Origin: the human T2T-CHM13v2.0 reference genome, Homo sapiens
Direction: 5' to 3' (one strand)
Assembly (NCBI RefSeq): GCF_009914755.1
Contig: NC_060930.1
DNA: 64,000 bases
Part shown: piece after piece, positions 43,234-56,966 of the stretch
Numbering within the stretch: position 1 is the stretch's first letter
How the letters are laid out: every line of letters begins with the position of its first letter
Program-made: the position numbers and the translations under genes
Notes under the pieces: generated by a model
What the model was told of the DNA's origin: nothing
Database searches by the model: none
Seen by the model: the letters and a program-made list of their open reading frames with translations, nothing else

Positions 43234-45290
43234 TTCATTCAACAAATATATATATCAAGAATTTACTGCCAAACTGTAATACAGAAAAATAAGCAAAAAT
43301 CTCTTCTCTTTCCTGAAGATTACATTCTAACACATTAATAATGGTAATAATGTAATAATAATGAACAACATTAAAGTGAAAGTATATTAGATAATACATT
43401 CTATGAAAAAAAAGCAAAAGTGAAGCAGGGTTGTGGGATAAGGAGATAAGGAGAAAGGCAGTTTTCAATTTTAAATAAGGACATCAGGGTAGAGCTCATT
43501 GAGCAAATATCCAAAGGAGATGAAGGTGTCATTTGAGCAAATTTTTGAATGAGCTGAAGGAACCAGTCAATACCAAGGGATTGATTCTTGCAGGCAGTGG
43601 GAAGAATAGAGCCAAGGCTCTAAGATTGGGGCATGGCAACAGTGTAAGGAGCAGCAGTGTGACCAGCGATGCTGGAACACAGCAATCAAGAAAACCTAGG
43701 AGGAAATGAAGTTAGAGAGGTACAGGACTAGGTCATACAGGACTTTGTAAGGCTATTGGCTCTTATTAGGGAATAAATGTAAACACATTAGAGTGTGAGC
43801 AGGAGAGTGACAGATTTAACAATACTTTTAAGAGAATTGCTTTGGGTGCTGTGTTGGAACGAGGCTGTAAAGAGATAAGGAAAGAGTCAGGGAGATCAGT
43901 GGTGAGGCTGGTCTAGGAGAGAAAAATCAGGATTTTCTCATAATTGGATTTGGCACGTAAAATAAGGAGGAGAGTTGAGATTGTCTTCCAGTATCTGCCC
44001 TGTGCAATGAGAAGGATGGAGTTGTCATAAATTAAGATAGAAAGATTGTAAGTAAAGCATATTTGGGGGAAAATATCAGGAGTCAGTTTAGGACATTTTA
44101 AATTTGAGATGTTTAATAGATATCAAAGTGAAGATGCTACATAAATAGTTGGATAGAAGAGTCTGAGGTTCATGAAAGAAGTCTGATCTAGAGGTATAAT
44201 ATGACAGTCATCTGCATATAGATGGTATTTAAAGCCTGGATGAGATTGTGAAAGAAACTGAATGAAATCTCCAAGAAAAGGAATGTGGCTTCGTAGCAGG
44301 AAGAAAGGACTGAGCTCTGTAATGCTCAAGATGTTCGGAAGAAGGAGGGCAACCAGTAGATTGAGAAGCAGCCATCACTGAGGCAGGAGGAAAACCAAGA
44401 GCAGAGAGTGGATTAAAAGTTTCTGATGGGTAAAATAGATGAGGATTTAGAATTGACCACTAGATTTGGCATTGTGGACATTATTCATGACCCACAAGAA
44501 TGATTTTAGTAGAGTGATGGGGGAAAACCTCACTGGAATGGGCTTAAGAGAAAATGGAGAAGAGAAATTAGAGAAGGATTGCAAACAAAGCTTTTGAGAA
44601 TTTTTGCTACATATTAGGAAAAGCAATTGGAGCCAAACATAGGGCTAAGAAAAATTTATGCTTTTTTTTATAATGGAAGACACAGCAGCATGTTTGCATG
44701 GCTGAAAGGAAAAAGAAAAATTGATGAAACAGATAAAAAGGGGGGAAATCCCTGAAGCAATGTACCCATGCAGACAAGAATTGCTGAGATCTATTGCAGA
44801 AGTGGAAGCAATGGCCTTAGAAACTCAAAGAATCCATCTGTTGCAACAGAAAGGGAGGCAAATACGTGAGTACAGATCATGGTGGCTGAGAAGATACAGT
44901 AGTGAGAGCTTGAAGAAATTATCTTCTGTGTGCTTCTCTTTTCTCAGTGAAATAGAAACACAGTCTTTGGTTGAAAGCAGAGATGGGCAAGAAGAGGTTA
45001 GAAGTTTAAGAAAAGAGAATTACAGAATAGTAACCTAGGAAAGTGGACTACTGTATATACAAGTAAAGTGTACAAAGACTTCTTACCACCAGTATGGATT
45101 CCTTTAAAGTTCATAGTCTTGAATTTAAATTGAATCAAACATAGTCTGTGTTGTTGTGGTGCCTTTTTTTCCCAGCTACATTTAGCATGGCTGCAAGTAT
45201 AGAATAGGTGGAGAAATAAACTTAACCAGAATTAGAGATTTGCTTTAAAAATATTCTGAAGAAGATAAGATCAAGGGAGTAAGTGGTGCA
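43234..45290 (-). mobile_element. Long L2 (L2a-like) relic, about 2 kb
   Basis: TTCATTCAACAAATAT (reverse 3' end), then TTTAGGACATTTTAAATTTGAGATG...GGTATTTAAAGCC...TTGACCACTAGATTTGGCA. Confidence 0.82.
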
Positions 45291-47613
45291 TGGAAAATAA
45301 AAAGAAAGGAGGCATTTACACCAATTATTTCATTTACAATAAAATCCAAAGAAGGAATGACTTTAGAGTCTTTGCAGATCTGTAGTGACTTTCAACATTC
45401 AGAATAATTTGCCAGGAAAAGTAGGACAATTGCAACAAGACAAATAAAAAAGGAAGATGATAAAAGGGACTGGACAAGGCATACTGAACCTTTAAAGTGG
45501 CTGAATATAGATTATTTTAGTCACATTTGTAATCTTCTGAATGACAACCATCTCTCTATTGTTTCTACTTATTTTTCCTACTAGAGCCTTTCTATAACTC
45601 AAATACCACATTTTCAGAAGGTGAAGTCAGCTGTCACCGAGGATGAACTTTTACTTCAAGTAGTCAACAATATTTCTCTTTCCCCCTTATAACACTGTTG
45701 TAGACACCTATTTAAAATAAGAACACAGGACTCTTCAATAAGAGATGCATGTGGACGCAAGTTCAAAAGTTCAATCTCACCATGTTGCTAAAATTTAAAG
45801 ATAGGAAGACAGTAAAGTGCCATTCATCAGTCATTAAATTGGGTGTACTTAATGGAATTATGACAAAAGCCAATGTTCTTTTCAAGAGTGTTGCCATGTT
45901 TAATTGTAGAACTCTGTTAATGATATTCTACTCTTGTCAATCACTTCAGGAAATGTTACAATAAGCATTCAAATACGATTATTCTATAAAATAATATTTT
46001 TTTTTTGCTTCTAGCCCTATGTCAAACCAGATGCACATCTGATATCAGTGCTGTGTCTGTCACAAACCTCAATGTCATAATGTTCCAAGCACTGCAGCAC
46101 TAGTTCAGAATACTTCATTTGCAATGTCAACCCTATGACTGGCTAAAACTCTGAAGTTTGTAAATAAAACTGCATTGTACTATTTGGAAACATGAACGTT
46201 GTTTCTACTTATGAGCTGGGAAGAGAAGCCTTGGCAGGGAGCCACATTCTTTCCTGGCATTACTTAGATGACCTTTAATGCGCTTGATCAGGGTATGAGT
46301 CACAGTTTCTGAGAATTGGAGTTCTTGCCAAGTGGTCACCTTGTTGGAAGGAAACTGAAGATGTAATTCCTTAGTCACACCTCTATGATCTCAGTGTCGG
46401 CTGTCAAGTTGATAGAAAAAAAATTAAACAAAAATAAAATAATCCAAAATTTAATACTTGAGGGAATAAATATTGCCTGTTTAAACAAAGAAAATGCTCC
46501 ATTATGAAATATATCTTTCATTTTTTGTAGCACCTTATCCATAAAGAATTAAAAAAAGAAATCAAGCTGTTGGTCTCTTTTCCAGCTTTCTGAATGCCTT
46601 TCTCTTTGGTTATGATATTAGGTGTTTGCATTTGATTATGTAAGTGTTAGACTATAGGACCTTATCTGTCAGTATTGCTAGCAGAATAAAAGAAGAGGAA
46701 GGAAGGAAATGGAGGAATTGATGAATATTTAATAGTGCTTTTAATCAGTCCCACCAAATAAACATTTCTTGTGTTGCTTTGCAAATGAGATTTCCGTATC
46801 ATAGGAGCTTGCAGATGGTAATTTTTCTTTTCCCCAGTGAAAATCTTAGGAGGCTGGTTGGACTGGTAAATGATTTTTATAATAATTAGTGAATTTTAAT
46901 GACTGACAACTCTAAAGTAAACAAAATAATATTGAAATGTGTTTTCCTGGTAATGTTGCCCTCAAAATATACTTCTCATTTTCCCCTAAGATATTCACTT
47001 ATTATAGGCATAATATTTTATGTTTTGATGCTTAATTTATAATATTACTTATATATCCCTTAACTGCTTTAATTGGCACATTTAGTAGTTGTGGAAACCA
47101 GTAACAGCAAACAGAAATACCAGCTGTAGTACACAAACCATAAAGACCCCTTCAGATCATAATTAAATTGAAACTGTTAATGAGTTTACTGTGACCAGAG
47201 ATGATAAGACTTTCTGAAAGAAAGCCCACTCTAGCGGTACCTCTTTCAGTAAATACAAACCAGAATGAACTAGCAATTGCAGAGCTGGGAAGACAATCAA
47301 TACGGAGAAAAAAAAGAATATTATATAAAGCATTGTTGGAAAGTAAGACATTATGGTATATAAGCCAATAGCACATGTCCAGAACTGACTAGATATTTAT
47401 TGGTCTGATCAACTGTCTTCAGGTTCACTAGGAATGTCATATTGGGTCTCCAGATTCAAAGGAAATTCTTGTAGATATCTATTTGTTCTCAAGGTAACCT
47501 ACTTTAATCATTCTTAATTCTTGTGCTCTTCCATAAGTAGCTAATCAATTTGAAAGAGATTTCTTCAAAATAGAGTGAATCAAACTTCTTAGGGTCTCTA
47601 GAAAGGCACATAA

Positions 47614-48207
<594 letters not shown>

Positions 48208-50635
48208 TAATACACTAAATCTCATTTACTATAAATCTGTTTGTCTCACAATACTTTTAAATGCATTTTAAATCACAGTAGCTATGACTTCCCGAAGCAT
48301 AGTATTTGAATCTAATATCTGCTACCAAGGAATGTAGGCAACATTTTGGGCTTGATATTGGAGTTTGACCTGAGTAATGCTAAACCATAGCTTCCTGGGC
48401 ATTGTTACACATTGGAAATATTTCTCTGAGGCACTTTGTGAGCCAGGTTGGTAAGTAGGGTCAGGAATAAAACTATTGGAGAATAATTCTAAATCTTTTC
48501 CAATACTCATGTTCCCCTTAAATCTCTTGCAGTCTTCTCAATCTTCAAGAATCATTTTCCAGAAGTTTTCTGATGACTTGTTATTGGAATACTTAAAAAC
48601 AATACCCCTAGGTTTTCTTCAGAGAATCACCACATTTACAGTTCTACTCTGAAAGTGTTTATCTGTAGAATTACCCATGAGTTCATCTCTTAGGTTAGTT
48701 CCACCTTTCACCTCAATCAAGGAAAATCCATCTGTTAGGGCATAATCCAAAATCCATACTTGCCAGAGAGGTGCTGCCCAGCCACCTTATCCTGTTCAGT
48801 GGAATCTGAAATTTCATCTTTCGACAGCTAAGAATTTGAAAGATAGACACGTTTTTTCTGCCTCCTATAACTAATTTTTTAAGCCAGTTGACCAGAGATT
48901 GAAGAGAAGCAAGGTTTCTTCCATTCAAAAAAGCACTCTAAAGGAATGCACTCTATAAAATCAGATTCACTTAAACGTTTTTGGCAAATTCAAACAAATA
49001 GGCAGACAGAGTCTTGTTCCAAGAGGACAACATTTAACTAAGATTATTGTAAAAGATATATTTATTCCTAAACAAAATGTTTAAAAAAATTATGAATAAA
49101 TAGATATAGGAAGATAGCTATTGAAAAGTCTAGGCATTACTTTTGATTTTTTTTTCAAAATAGTGTAAATTTACTGAATTTTGTGGATAAAATTGGTGCT
49201 GAACAGTTAAATATTTTTAATATACTTTCTTTTTCAGAGCAGTTTTAAGTTCATTAAAAAATTGCAAAGAAGATGCAGAGCTTTCCCATAAACCGTGTAC
49301 TCCTACATATGTGTAGTCTCCCCAGCTATCAACATCCCACACTAGAATGGTACATTTGGTACAGTCAATGAACTGACATCAACACATCATTATCTCCCAA
49401 AATCCATAGTTTACTGTTAGTGTTGTATATTCTATCATTTTGGGGGAGTGTGTAATGACAAGAATCTACCATTATAGTATTGTACAGAGCAGTTTTACTG
49501 CCCTAAAAATGCTCTCTCTTCCACCTATTCATCACTGCAGCCCAAACCCATGGAAACCATTGATCTTTTCACTGTCAGTAGTTTTGCCTTTTCCAGACTA
49601 TCCTTATAATTGGAATTATAAGGACAGTAGTCTTTTCAGATTGGCTTGTTTCACTTAGTATTTACTATGTAAGGTTTTTCCATTTTTTTTTCATGGCATT
49701 GTAAGCTAACTTTTTCTTAGTGCTGAGTAATATGTTATTGTCCATATGTACCACAGTTTGTTTGTCCATTCACCCATGGAAGGACATGTTGGTTGCTTCC
49801 AAGGTTTGGCAATTATGACTAAAACTGCTATAAACATCTGTGTGCAGATTTTTGTGTGGATAAAAGTTTTCAGTTCATTTAGGCAAACATCAAGGTGCAT
49901 GATTACTGGATCATTTGGTAATAATATGTTTAGTTCTATAAGAAACTGCCAAATTGTCTTCCAAACTGGCTTTACAATTTTTCATTTCTGTCAGCAAAGT
50001 ATGAGAATTCCCATTGCTTCACATCCTTACCAGCATTTTGTACTGTTAGTGATTTGCATTTTAGCCATTTTAATAGATCTGTAGATCATGGTTATCATTA
50101 ATGTTTTAATTTGCAATTCCCTAAAGATTATGATGTAAAGCATCTGACCTTATTTAACATCTGTATATCTTAGGTGAGCTATCCGTTCAGGGCTTTTTAA
50201 TTGGGTTGTTTCCTTATTGTTGAGTTTTAAGAGTTCTCTGTATATTTTATTCAACAGCTGTTTTCATTTTAAATCCTAATTGATCAGTGTTTACATTTTA
50301 AATCCCAATTGATTATTTGTTTTCATTGATCAATTATTTCCATTTTAAATCCCAGTTGATCATTTCTGTTATATAGGCAAGCAACAGTCTTTTGTATAGT
50401 AGCCTTTTATCCAGCAATCTTGCTGTAATTGCTTATTATTAATAGTTCCAGTAGGGACTTTTTGCCAATTCTTTTGGATTTCCTATGTAAACTGTCATGT
50501 CATCTGTGAACAAAGGCAGTTTTATTTATTCTTTGCCTATATGTATACATTTATTTTCTTGTCTTGTCTTATTGAATTACTAGGATTTCCAGTATGAGGT
50601 TAAGAAGCAGTGGTGAAAGGGGACATTCTCTTCTT

Positions 50636-50809
50636 GTTCTTTTTTATTTGTTTGATGTTTTTTGAAACAAGGTCTCACTCTGTCACCCAGGCTGGAGTGC
50701 AGTGGTGCAATAATGGCTCACTGCAATCTCCACCTCCTGGGACCAAGAAATCCTCCTACATCAGTCTCCTGAGTAGGTGGGACCATAGTCATCTACTATC
50801 ATGCCAAAC

Positions 50810-50895
<86 letters not shown>

Positions 50896-51134
50896 CATAT
50901 GTACCACAGTTTGTTCATCTATTCACCCATGGTGAATGGATTATATATATATGTGTATTACATATATATGTATGTATTTAATTTATATATATATATATGT
51001 ATGTATGTATATATTTTAGAGAGATGATCTCCCTAAGTTGCCCAGGCTGCTCTCAAACTCCTGGGCTCAAGAAATCCTCTTGCCTTGGCTTCCCAAAGTG
51101 CTGGGGTTACAGGCATGAGCCACCACACCCTGCC
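50636..51134 (-). mobile_element. AluJ with expanded linker: A34, (AT)22 and a templated L1 insert
   Basis: Right arm ~50636-50815 and left arm ~51013-51134 (CTCAAACTCCTGGGCTCAAG, AluJ-type), separated by about 200 bp of non-Alu sequence. Confidence 0.9.
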
Positions 51135-52551
51135 TTTGCCTCACTCTTGATCTCAGAAGTATAACTTCAAGTTTCTCACCATTAAATATGATGTTAGCTA
51201 TACAGGTTTATACTTTTTTCAATTAACCTAAGTTCCCTCTCTTCCCAGTTTGCTGTGAGTTTTTATCATGAATGGGTGTTGGTTTTATCAAATGCATTTT
51301 CTATATCTATTGACAGGATCATGTGATCTTTCCTCTTTAGCTTGTTGATGTGATGGAGTAAATTAATTGATTTTTTGAATGTTGAACTAGCCTTGCATAG
51401 CTGGGATAAATTTCACTTGTTCTAGGTGTAAAATTCTTATATGCTTTTGAATTTGTTCTACTATTTTTTAAAGGATTTTTGCATCTATATTCATGAGAGA
51501 TATTGGTTTATAGTTTTATTTTCTTGTAATGTCATTGTCTGGTTTTGGTATTAACTTATATAATGCTGACCTCAAGGAATGAATTAGAAAGTATTTCCTC
51601 TGTGTCTATCTTATGGAGTAGACTGTAGACAATGGTGTAACTTATTCTTTAGTAAAATTCACTAGTGATCCCATCTGGGCCTGGTGCTCTTTGGGATGTT
51701 ATTAATTATTTGTTAAATTTTTAAAATAGATTGAAGCCTATTCAGACCTATTTTTTTCTTGCATGAGTTTTGGCCATTTGTGTCTTTCAAAAATTTGCTC
51801 CATTTTTTCTAGATTATGAACTTTGTGGGTATAGATTTGTTCAAGATATTCTTGTACCATACATTTAATATCCATGAAATATGTAGTAATGACCCCTCCG
51901 TATTTCTGCTATTATTAATTTGTGTTCTTTCTCTTTTTTTCTTACTTAGCCTGGATAGAGGCTTATTGATTTTCTTGATCTTTTCAAATAATCAGCTTTT
52001 GGTTTTGTTGATTTTCACTATTAATTTCTTATTGTCAGTTTCACTGATTTCTGCTCAAATTTTTATTATTTTCTTCTATTTATTTTGAAATTAATTTGCT
52101 TTTCTTTTTCTGGTTTGTTATACTAAAAGCTTAGATTATTAATTTTAAATCTTTCTTCTTTTCTAGCATATGCATTTAGTGCTATAAATATCCCTCTAAT
52201 CACTGCTTTGCTGCATCCCACAAAGTTTGATAACTTATGTTTTCATTTAGTTTAAGATATTTTAAAATTTCTTTTGAGATTTCTTCTTTGACTCGTATGT
52301 CAACTTTGATGACAAGTATGTCATTTAATCTCCAAATAATTTGGAATTCTCTTGCTATCTTTCTGTTATTGATTTCCAGTTTAATCCATTGTGGTCTAAA
52401 AGCAGACGTTTTATGATTTATATTCTTTTAAATTTGTTAAAGTGTGTTTTATGACCCGGAATATGGTCTGTCTTGGTGCATGTTTCCTGTGAGCCTGAGA
52501 AGAATGTGTAATTTGCTGTTGTTGGGTAAAGTGATCTATAGATGTCAAGTA

Positions 52552-52631
52552 ATAGGTTGGTGCAAAAGTAAATGCATTTTTTGCCATTATTTTTAATGAC
52601 AAAATCCACATTTACTTTTGCACCTACCTAA
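52552..52631. mobile_element. MADE1 (full-length 80-bp Hsmar1 MITE) nested in L1MC
   Basis: ATAGGTTGGTGCAAAAGTAAATGC...CACATTTACTTTTGCACCTACCTAA, palindromic terminal inverted repeats. Confidence 0.93.
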
Positions 52632-52895
52632 ATATATCTAGTTTCTTGATGGTGCTGTTGAAGTCAACCATGTTCTTACTGATTTTCTGCCTGCTAGATC
52701 TGTACATTTCTGGTAGTGTTAAAACTCCAGCTATGATAGTAGATTCATCTATTTCTCCTTGCTTGTCTATTAGTTTTTGCGTCATATTTTGACACTCTGT
52801 TGTTAGGCTCATACACATTGAAGATTGGTATATCTTTTTGAGGAATTGACCCCTTTATTATTATGTGTTGTCCCTGTTTATCACTGATAACCTTC

Positions 52896-52959
52896 CTTGT
52901 TATGATGTCTGCTCTGTCTTAAATACATAAATTTCAGACAGAGCAGACATCATAACAAG
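52896..52959. repeat. Hairpin: 29-bp arms, 6-nt loop
   Basis: CTTGTTATGATGTCTGCTCTGTCTTAAAT-ACATAA-ATTTCAGACAGAGCAGACATCATAACAAG, one mismatch. Confidence 0.96.
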
Positions 52960-53646
52960 CTAATCCCGCTTTCTTTTGATTAATGTTAGCATGGTATATT
53001 TTTCTCCATCTATTAACTTTTAACCTGTATGTGTCTTTATATTTAAAGGGTTTTTTTTGTTGTTGTTGTTGTTTTGTTTTGTTTTTGTAGAAAACATACA
53101 GTTGGGTCTGTTTTTTTTTTTTGTATACAATCTGACAATCTCTGTTTGTTGACTAGTGTGTTTACACCATTGATTGATTTTTAAGTGATTATGATGTAAT
53201 TTAATTAATATCTATAATGTTTGTTACTATTTTGTATTCATTGCCCTAGTTCTTTGCTCCAATTTTTCACTCACTCTTTTTCTGCCTTTTGTGGTTTTAT
53301 TTAAACGTTTTATATGATTCAATTTTTCTCCCCTTTTTTAGCATATTATTTGTACCTCTTTTTAAACTTTTAGTGGATTTCCTAGAGTTTGAAATATAAA
53401 TTTACCACTAAGGAAAGCTTATGTTCAAATAGCAGTAGACCACTACAAGGGTCATGCAAATACCTTCTAATAACAAAATAATACCACTTTCTTCTTCCTA
53501 TCTTATATGTCATTGCTGTCTCATTTCATTTATACATAAGTATATGTGTGTGTGTGTGTGTACACATACTCATAATCATACATAATCAAATACATTGATA
53601 CTACTTTGAACAAACTCTTATCTATTAGATCAATTAAGAATAAGAA

Positions 53647-53978
<332 letters not shown>

Positions 53979-55076
53979 TTATTTTACCTTCACTTGTTCC
54001 TTCTCTGATGCTCTATGTTTCTTTATGTTGATTTGAGTTTTTGAGCTATATCATTTCCCTTCTTTCTGAAGCATTTCTTTTAGCATTTCTTACAAGGTAT
54101 GTCTACTGCCAACACAGTCCCTCAATTTCTGTTTGTCTCAGAATCTTTATTTCTTCCTGACCTTTGAAGGATCATTTTGCAGGGTAAAGATTTCTAGATT
54201 GGTGGTTTCCTTTTCCCAATGCTTTCAATATCCCATTCCATTCTCTTCTTGCTTGCATGTTTCTGAGAAGTTGGATGTTATTCTTATCTTTTCTATAGGT
54301 AAAGTATATGTTTCCTGCATCTTTCAAAGTTTTTTTTCTTCATCTTTTATTATCTGAAGTTTTCATATGATATTCCTGGCATTTATCCTGCTTGGTGTTA
54401 GCTTCCTGGATCTGAGGTTTGCTGTCTGACATTAATTGGGGGACAACTCTCAGTCACCATTTCCTCAAATGTTGTTCATGTTCTTTTCTCTTTCTTCTTC
54501 TTTTGGTGTTCCTGTTATACATATTTACATGTTTTGTAGCTGCCCCATGGTTCTGAAATATTATTTTCTGGATTTTCTTCTCACTCTTTTTGTTCTTTGC
54601 TTTTTAGTTTTGGACATTTTTATTGAAATATTCTCAAGTTCAGAGATTCTTTTCTTAGCCATAGCCTTTCTACTAATAAGCCCATCAAAGGCATTCATCA
54701 TTTCTATTACAGTGCTTTTAATCTCCAGCATTTCTTTTCCCCCATTCTTACACAGAAGTTCCATTTTTCTGACTACATTGCACATCTGTTCTTGCATGCT
54801 GTCTTCTTTATCCAGAAGCCCTTAACATATTGATGATAGTACCTTTAAATTTCCAGTTTGATATTCCAACATCACTGCCATATCTAAGTGAGGTTCCAAT
54901 ACTTGCTCTGTCTCTTCAAGCTTTGTTTATTGCCTTTTGACATGCCTTGTAATTTTTTCTGAATAGCTAGACATGATGTATTGGGTAAAAGAAACTTCAG
55001 TACATAGGCATTTAGTAGTGTGGTAAGGTGTGGGAGGGGAAGTGTTCTATAGCTCTTTGGTTAGAGCTCAGTTTTT

Positions 55077-55208
55077 GTATTAACTTTTTAAATTATTATT
55101 ATACTTTAAGTTCTAGGGTACATGTGCACAATGTGCAGGTTTGTTGCATAGGTGTACATGTGCCTTGTTGGTTTGCTGCACCCATCAACTCATCCTTTAC
55201 ATACCTAA
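55077..55208 (-). mobile_element. Very short L1PA (approx. L1PA6/7) 3' insertion with micro-inversion
   Basis: TTATACTTTAAGTTCTAGGGTACATGTGCACAATGTGCAGG...CCTTTACAT. TSD AGAGCTCAGTTTTT (55063-55076) / AGAACTCAGTTTTT (55209-55222). Confidence 0.92.
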
Positions 55209-56176
55209 AGAACTCAGTTTTTTAGTGTGTCTGGACTATGAACTGCACAAGTGCTTCTCAGCCTTAAATGGGATATGATGACTACAGTGGGCTAGAGTTG
55301 GATATTTCTCTTCCCTGGATTGATTGAGCTCTGAGAAAAACTCAGTAGTTTAGGCTCTGGTAAAATAGTTTCTTCTAAGGTCAGGATTTATTAAGAAAAT
55401 AATGCTGTGGTATATTTCAAAAGGGTTACTTTTCTCCTACCCTGCCAGAAGCAACAGGGGTTTTTTGTCCAATATTGACCATGGAAACCTGGTCCAACTC
55501 CTGGAGGTAAAACTCACAAAACTCTGGGGACTCCTCTGTGACTAGATCCTCCAGAGTCGTTAACTCTCAAGCTTGTCCACACTAAGCCTCAAGTAATTCA
55601 TCAATTATAGTTTAGGTTTTTCTATCCTGGCACTGGCTCCTGGGGACTTTCCTGCTTGTAGTCTTCTGCTTAGCTATGTTATGAATCTCTGTATTCACCT
55701 ATCTGTCTCTCCAATTTTGGGTGCAGTGATTTGCCCCGTACCCTCACTTCTCTGATAGATACAAGAGTTATTGATTTTTCAGTTTGTTAAGTTCAGTTGT
55801 CAGTTTGTTGGGCTTTTTACTTGTTGTTAGGACTAAGTAACAACTTTCAAGCTCCTAACTTGCCGAACCAGAAATCAAAATCCCCAGGTAATTTATAATC
55901 TAGTTTTGTTGCCTCTAAAAATGGAATTAAAATTGAAGAGTATTTTTGAATTGTTAAATATAAACAATAATGTTCCTCTTTCATCCTGCAAATCCCTGAA
56001 TAGTCCTTCTTAAAGCATATCGCCCTGTTTCATATGCTGGTTTCTTTTTGGAATTCTTTCGACTCTCTCCCTCAAAAGCTTATTTGAGATCAATGAGGCA
56101 GTTTGTTGATGATGACTAGCAGGAAGTTTGAATAGGTATACTGATAAAATTCTCACTCTTTCTTTGGAGTAAATTC

Positions 56177-56199
56177 TGTGTGTGTGTGTGTGTGTGTGT
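56177..56199. repeat. (TG)11 microsatellite
   Basis: Read directly. Confidence 0.95.
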
Positions 56200-56410
56200 C
56201 CGGGTGGGGTGGGAATCCCTCTTGTATGAAATTTTCTACTCGCAGGATAACACTTTTTGTCGTTCTTTTATAATTTGTTGAAATATGTACTATTGGTTAA
56301 TTCCACTTTCTAAATTTATGCTTATTTTAGGTTATTTAAATATTTTCAATAGATCACTTTCTAGTTTAATGCCTTTAATCCATTGAGGTGTATACACTGC
56401 CTAAAGATTT

Positions 56411-56966
56411 TGACAGAGGATTCTTTCGAGTGCTGATTCACCAGTCAGAAATTTCCATGGCTGGAGGCACTCCTGCCCTGCCTTTGCTCAGCTCTGGGCT
56501 TGCAGCTGTACTTGCTCTGCCCACTTGGCCAGCAGGCTGTGCTCGGCTTGTGCTACTGGCCGGATCTCAGGCCCGCCGAGGACACCCAGGCGCGCCGGCT
56601 ACTGTGGCTGATTGGGCAGCTTCAGGCTCTGGCATAGGAGCTGGCTACATGCAAGGCTGCAGCTGGACCAGAATATACAGGTCTCAGTGAAGAGGGGACC
56701 CAAAGTGGGTAGCCCTACCCAAAGCTGGGTAGTCCCAACCTGTGACCATCTGAGGTTTTTATGGGCTCTGAATGGAGGAGTGCATGCCTGTTGGTCCATG
56801 GGCCTGGAAAAAGCACCACTCAATTGGCTAAAAGGCATTGAGGAAGTTCTCACTCCAGTCGGGGACTTTACCTGAAACCTGCAGCTTGGTTTTCAGGCTT
56901 TAATTTGTCAGGTATGGGGACCCACCCCTGTCTGCCTAGGAATTTGTCTGCCTCCTGCCGTTATCA
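56411..56966 (-). mobile_element. ERV1 solo LTR (LTR27/LTR28-like, internally deleted)
   Basis: Reverse strand begins TGATAACGGCAGGAGGCAGACAAATTCCTAGGCAGACAGGGG and ends AAAGAATCCTCTGTCA. Perfect 4-bp TSD ATTT at 56407-56410 and 56967-56970. Confidence 0.85.

Noticed and set aside
45618-45692. Protein-like reading KVKSAVTEDELLLQ after TTTTCAG
   Set aside because: Short, weak donor (GTAGTC), no recognisable homolog.
48713-48938. Minus-strand 71-aa ORF in unique sequence with a candidate acceptor
   Set aside because: No ATG start, no recognisable domain, length expected by chance.
56388-56875. GC-rich patch and ORFs as a CpG island or first exon
   Set aside because: Fully explained by the ERV1 solo LTR bounded by its ATTT TSD.
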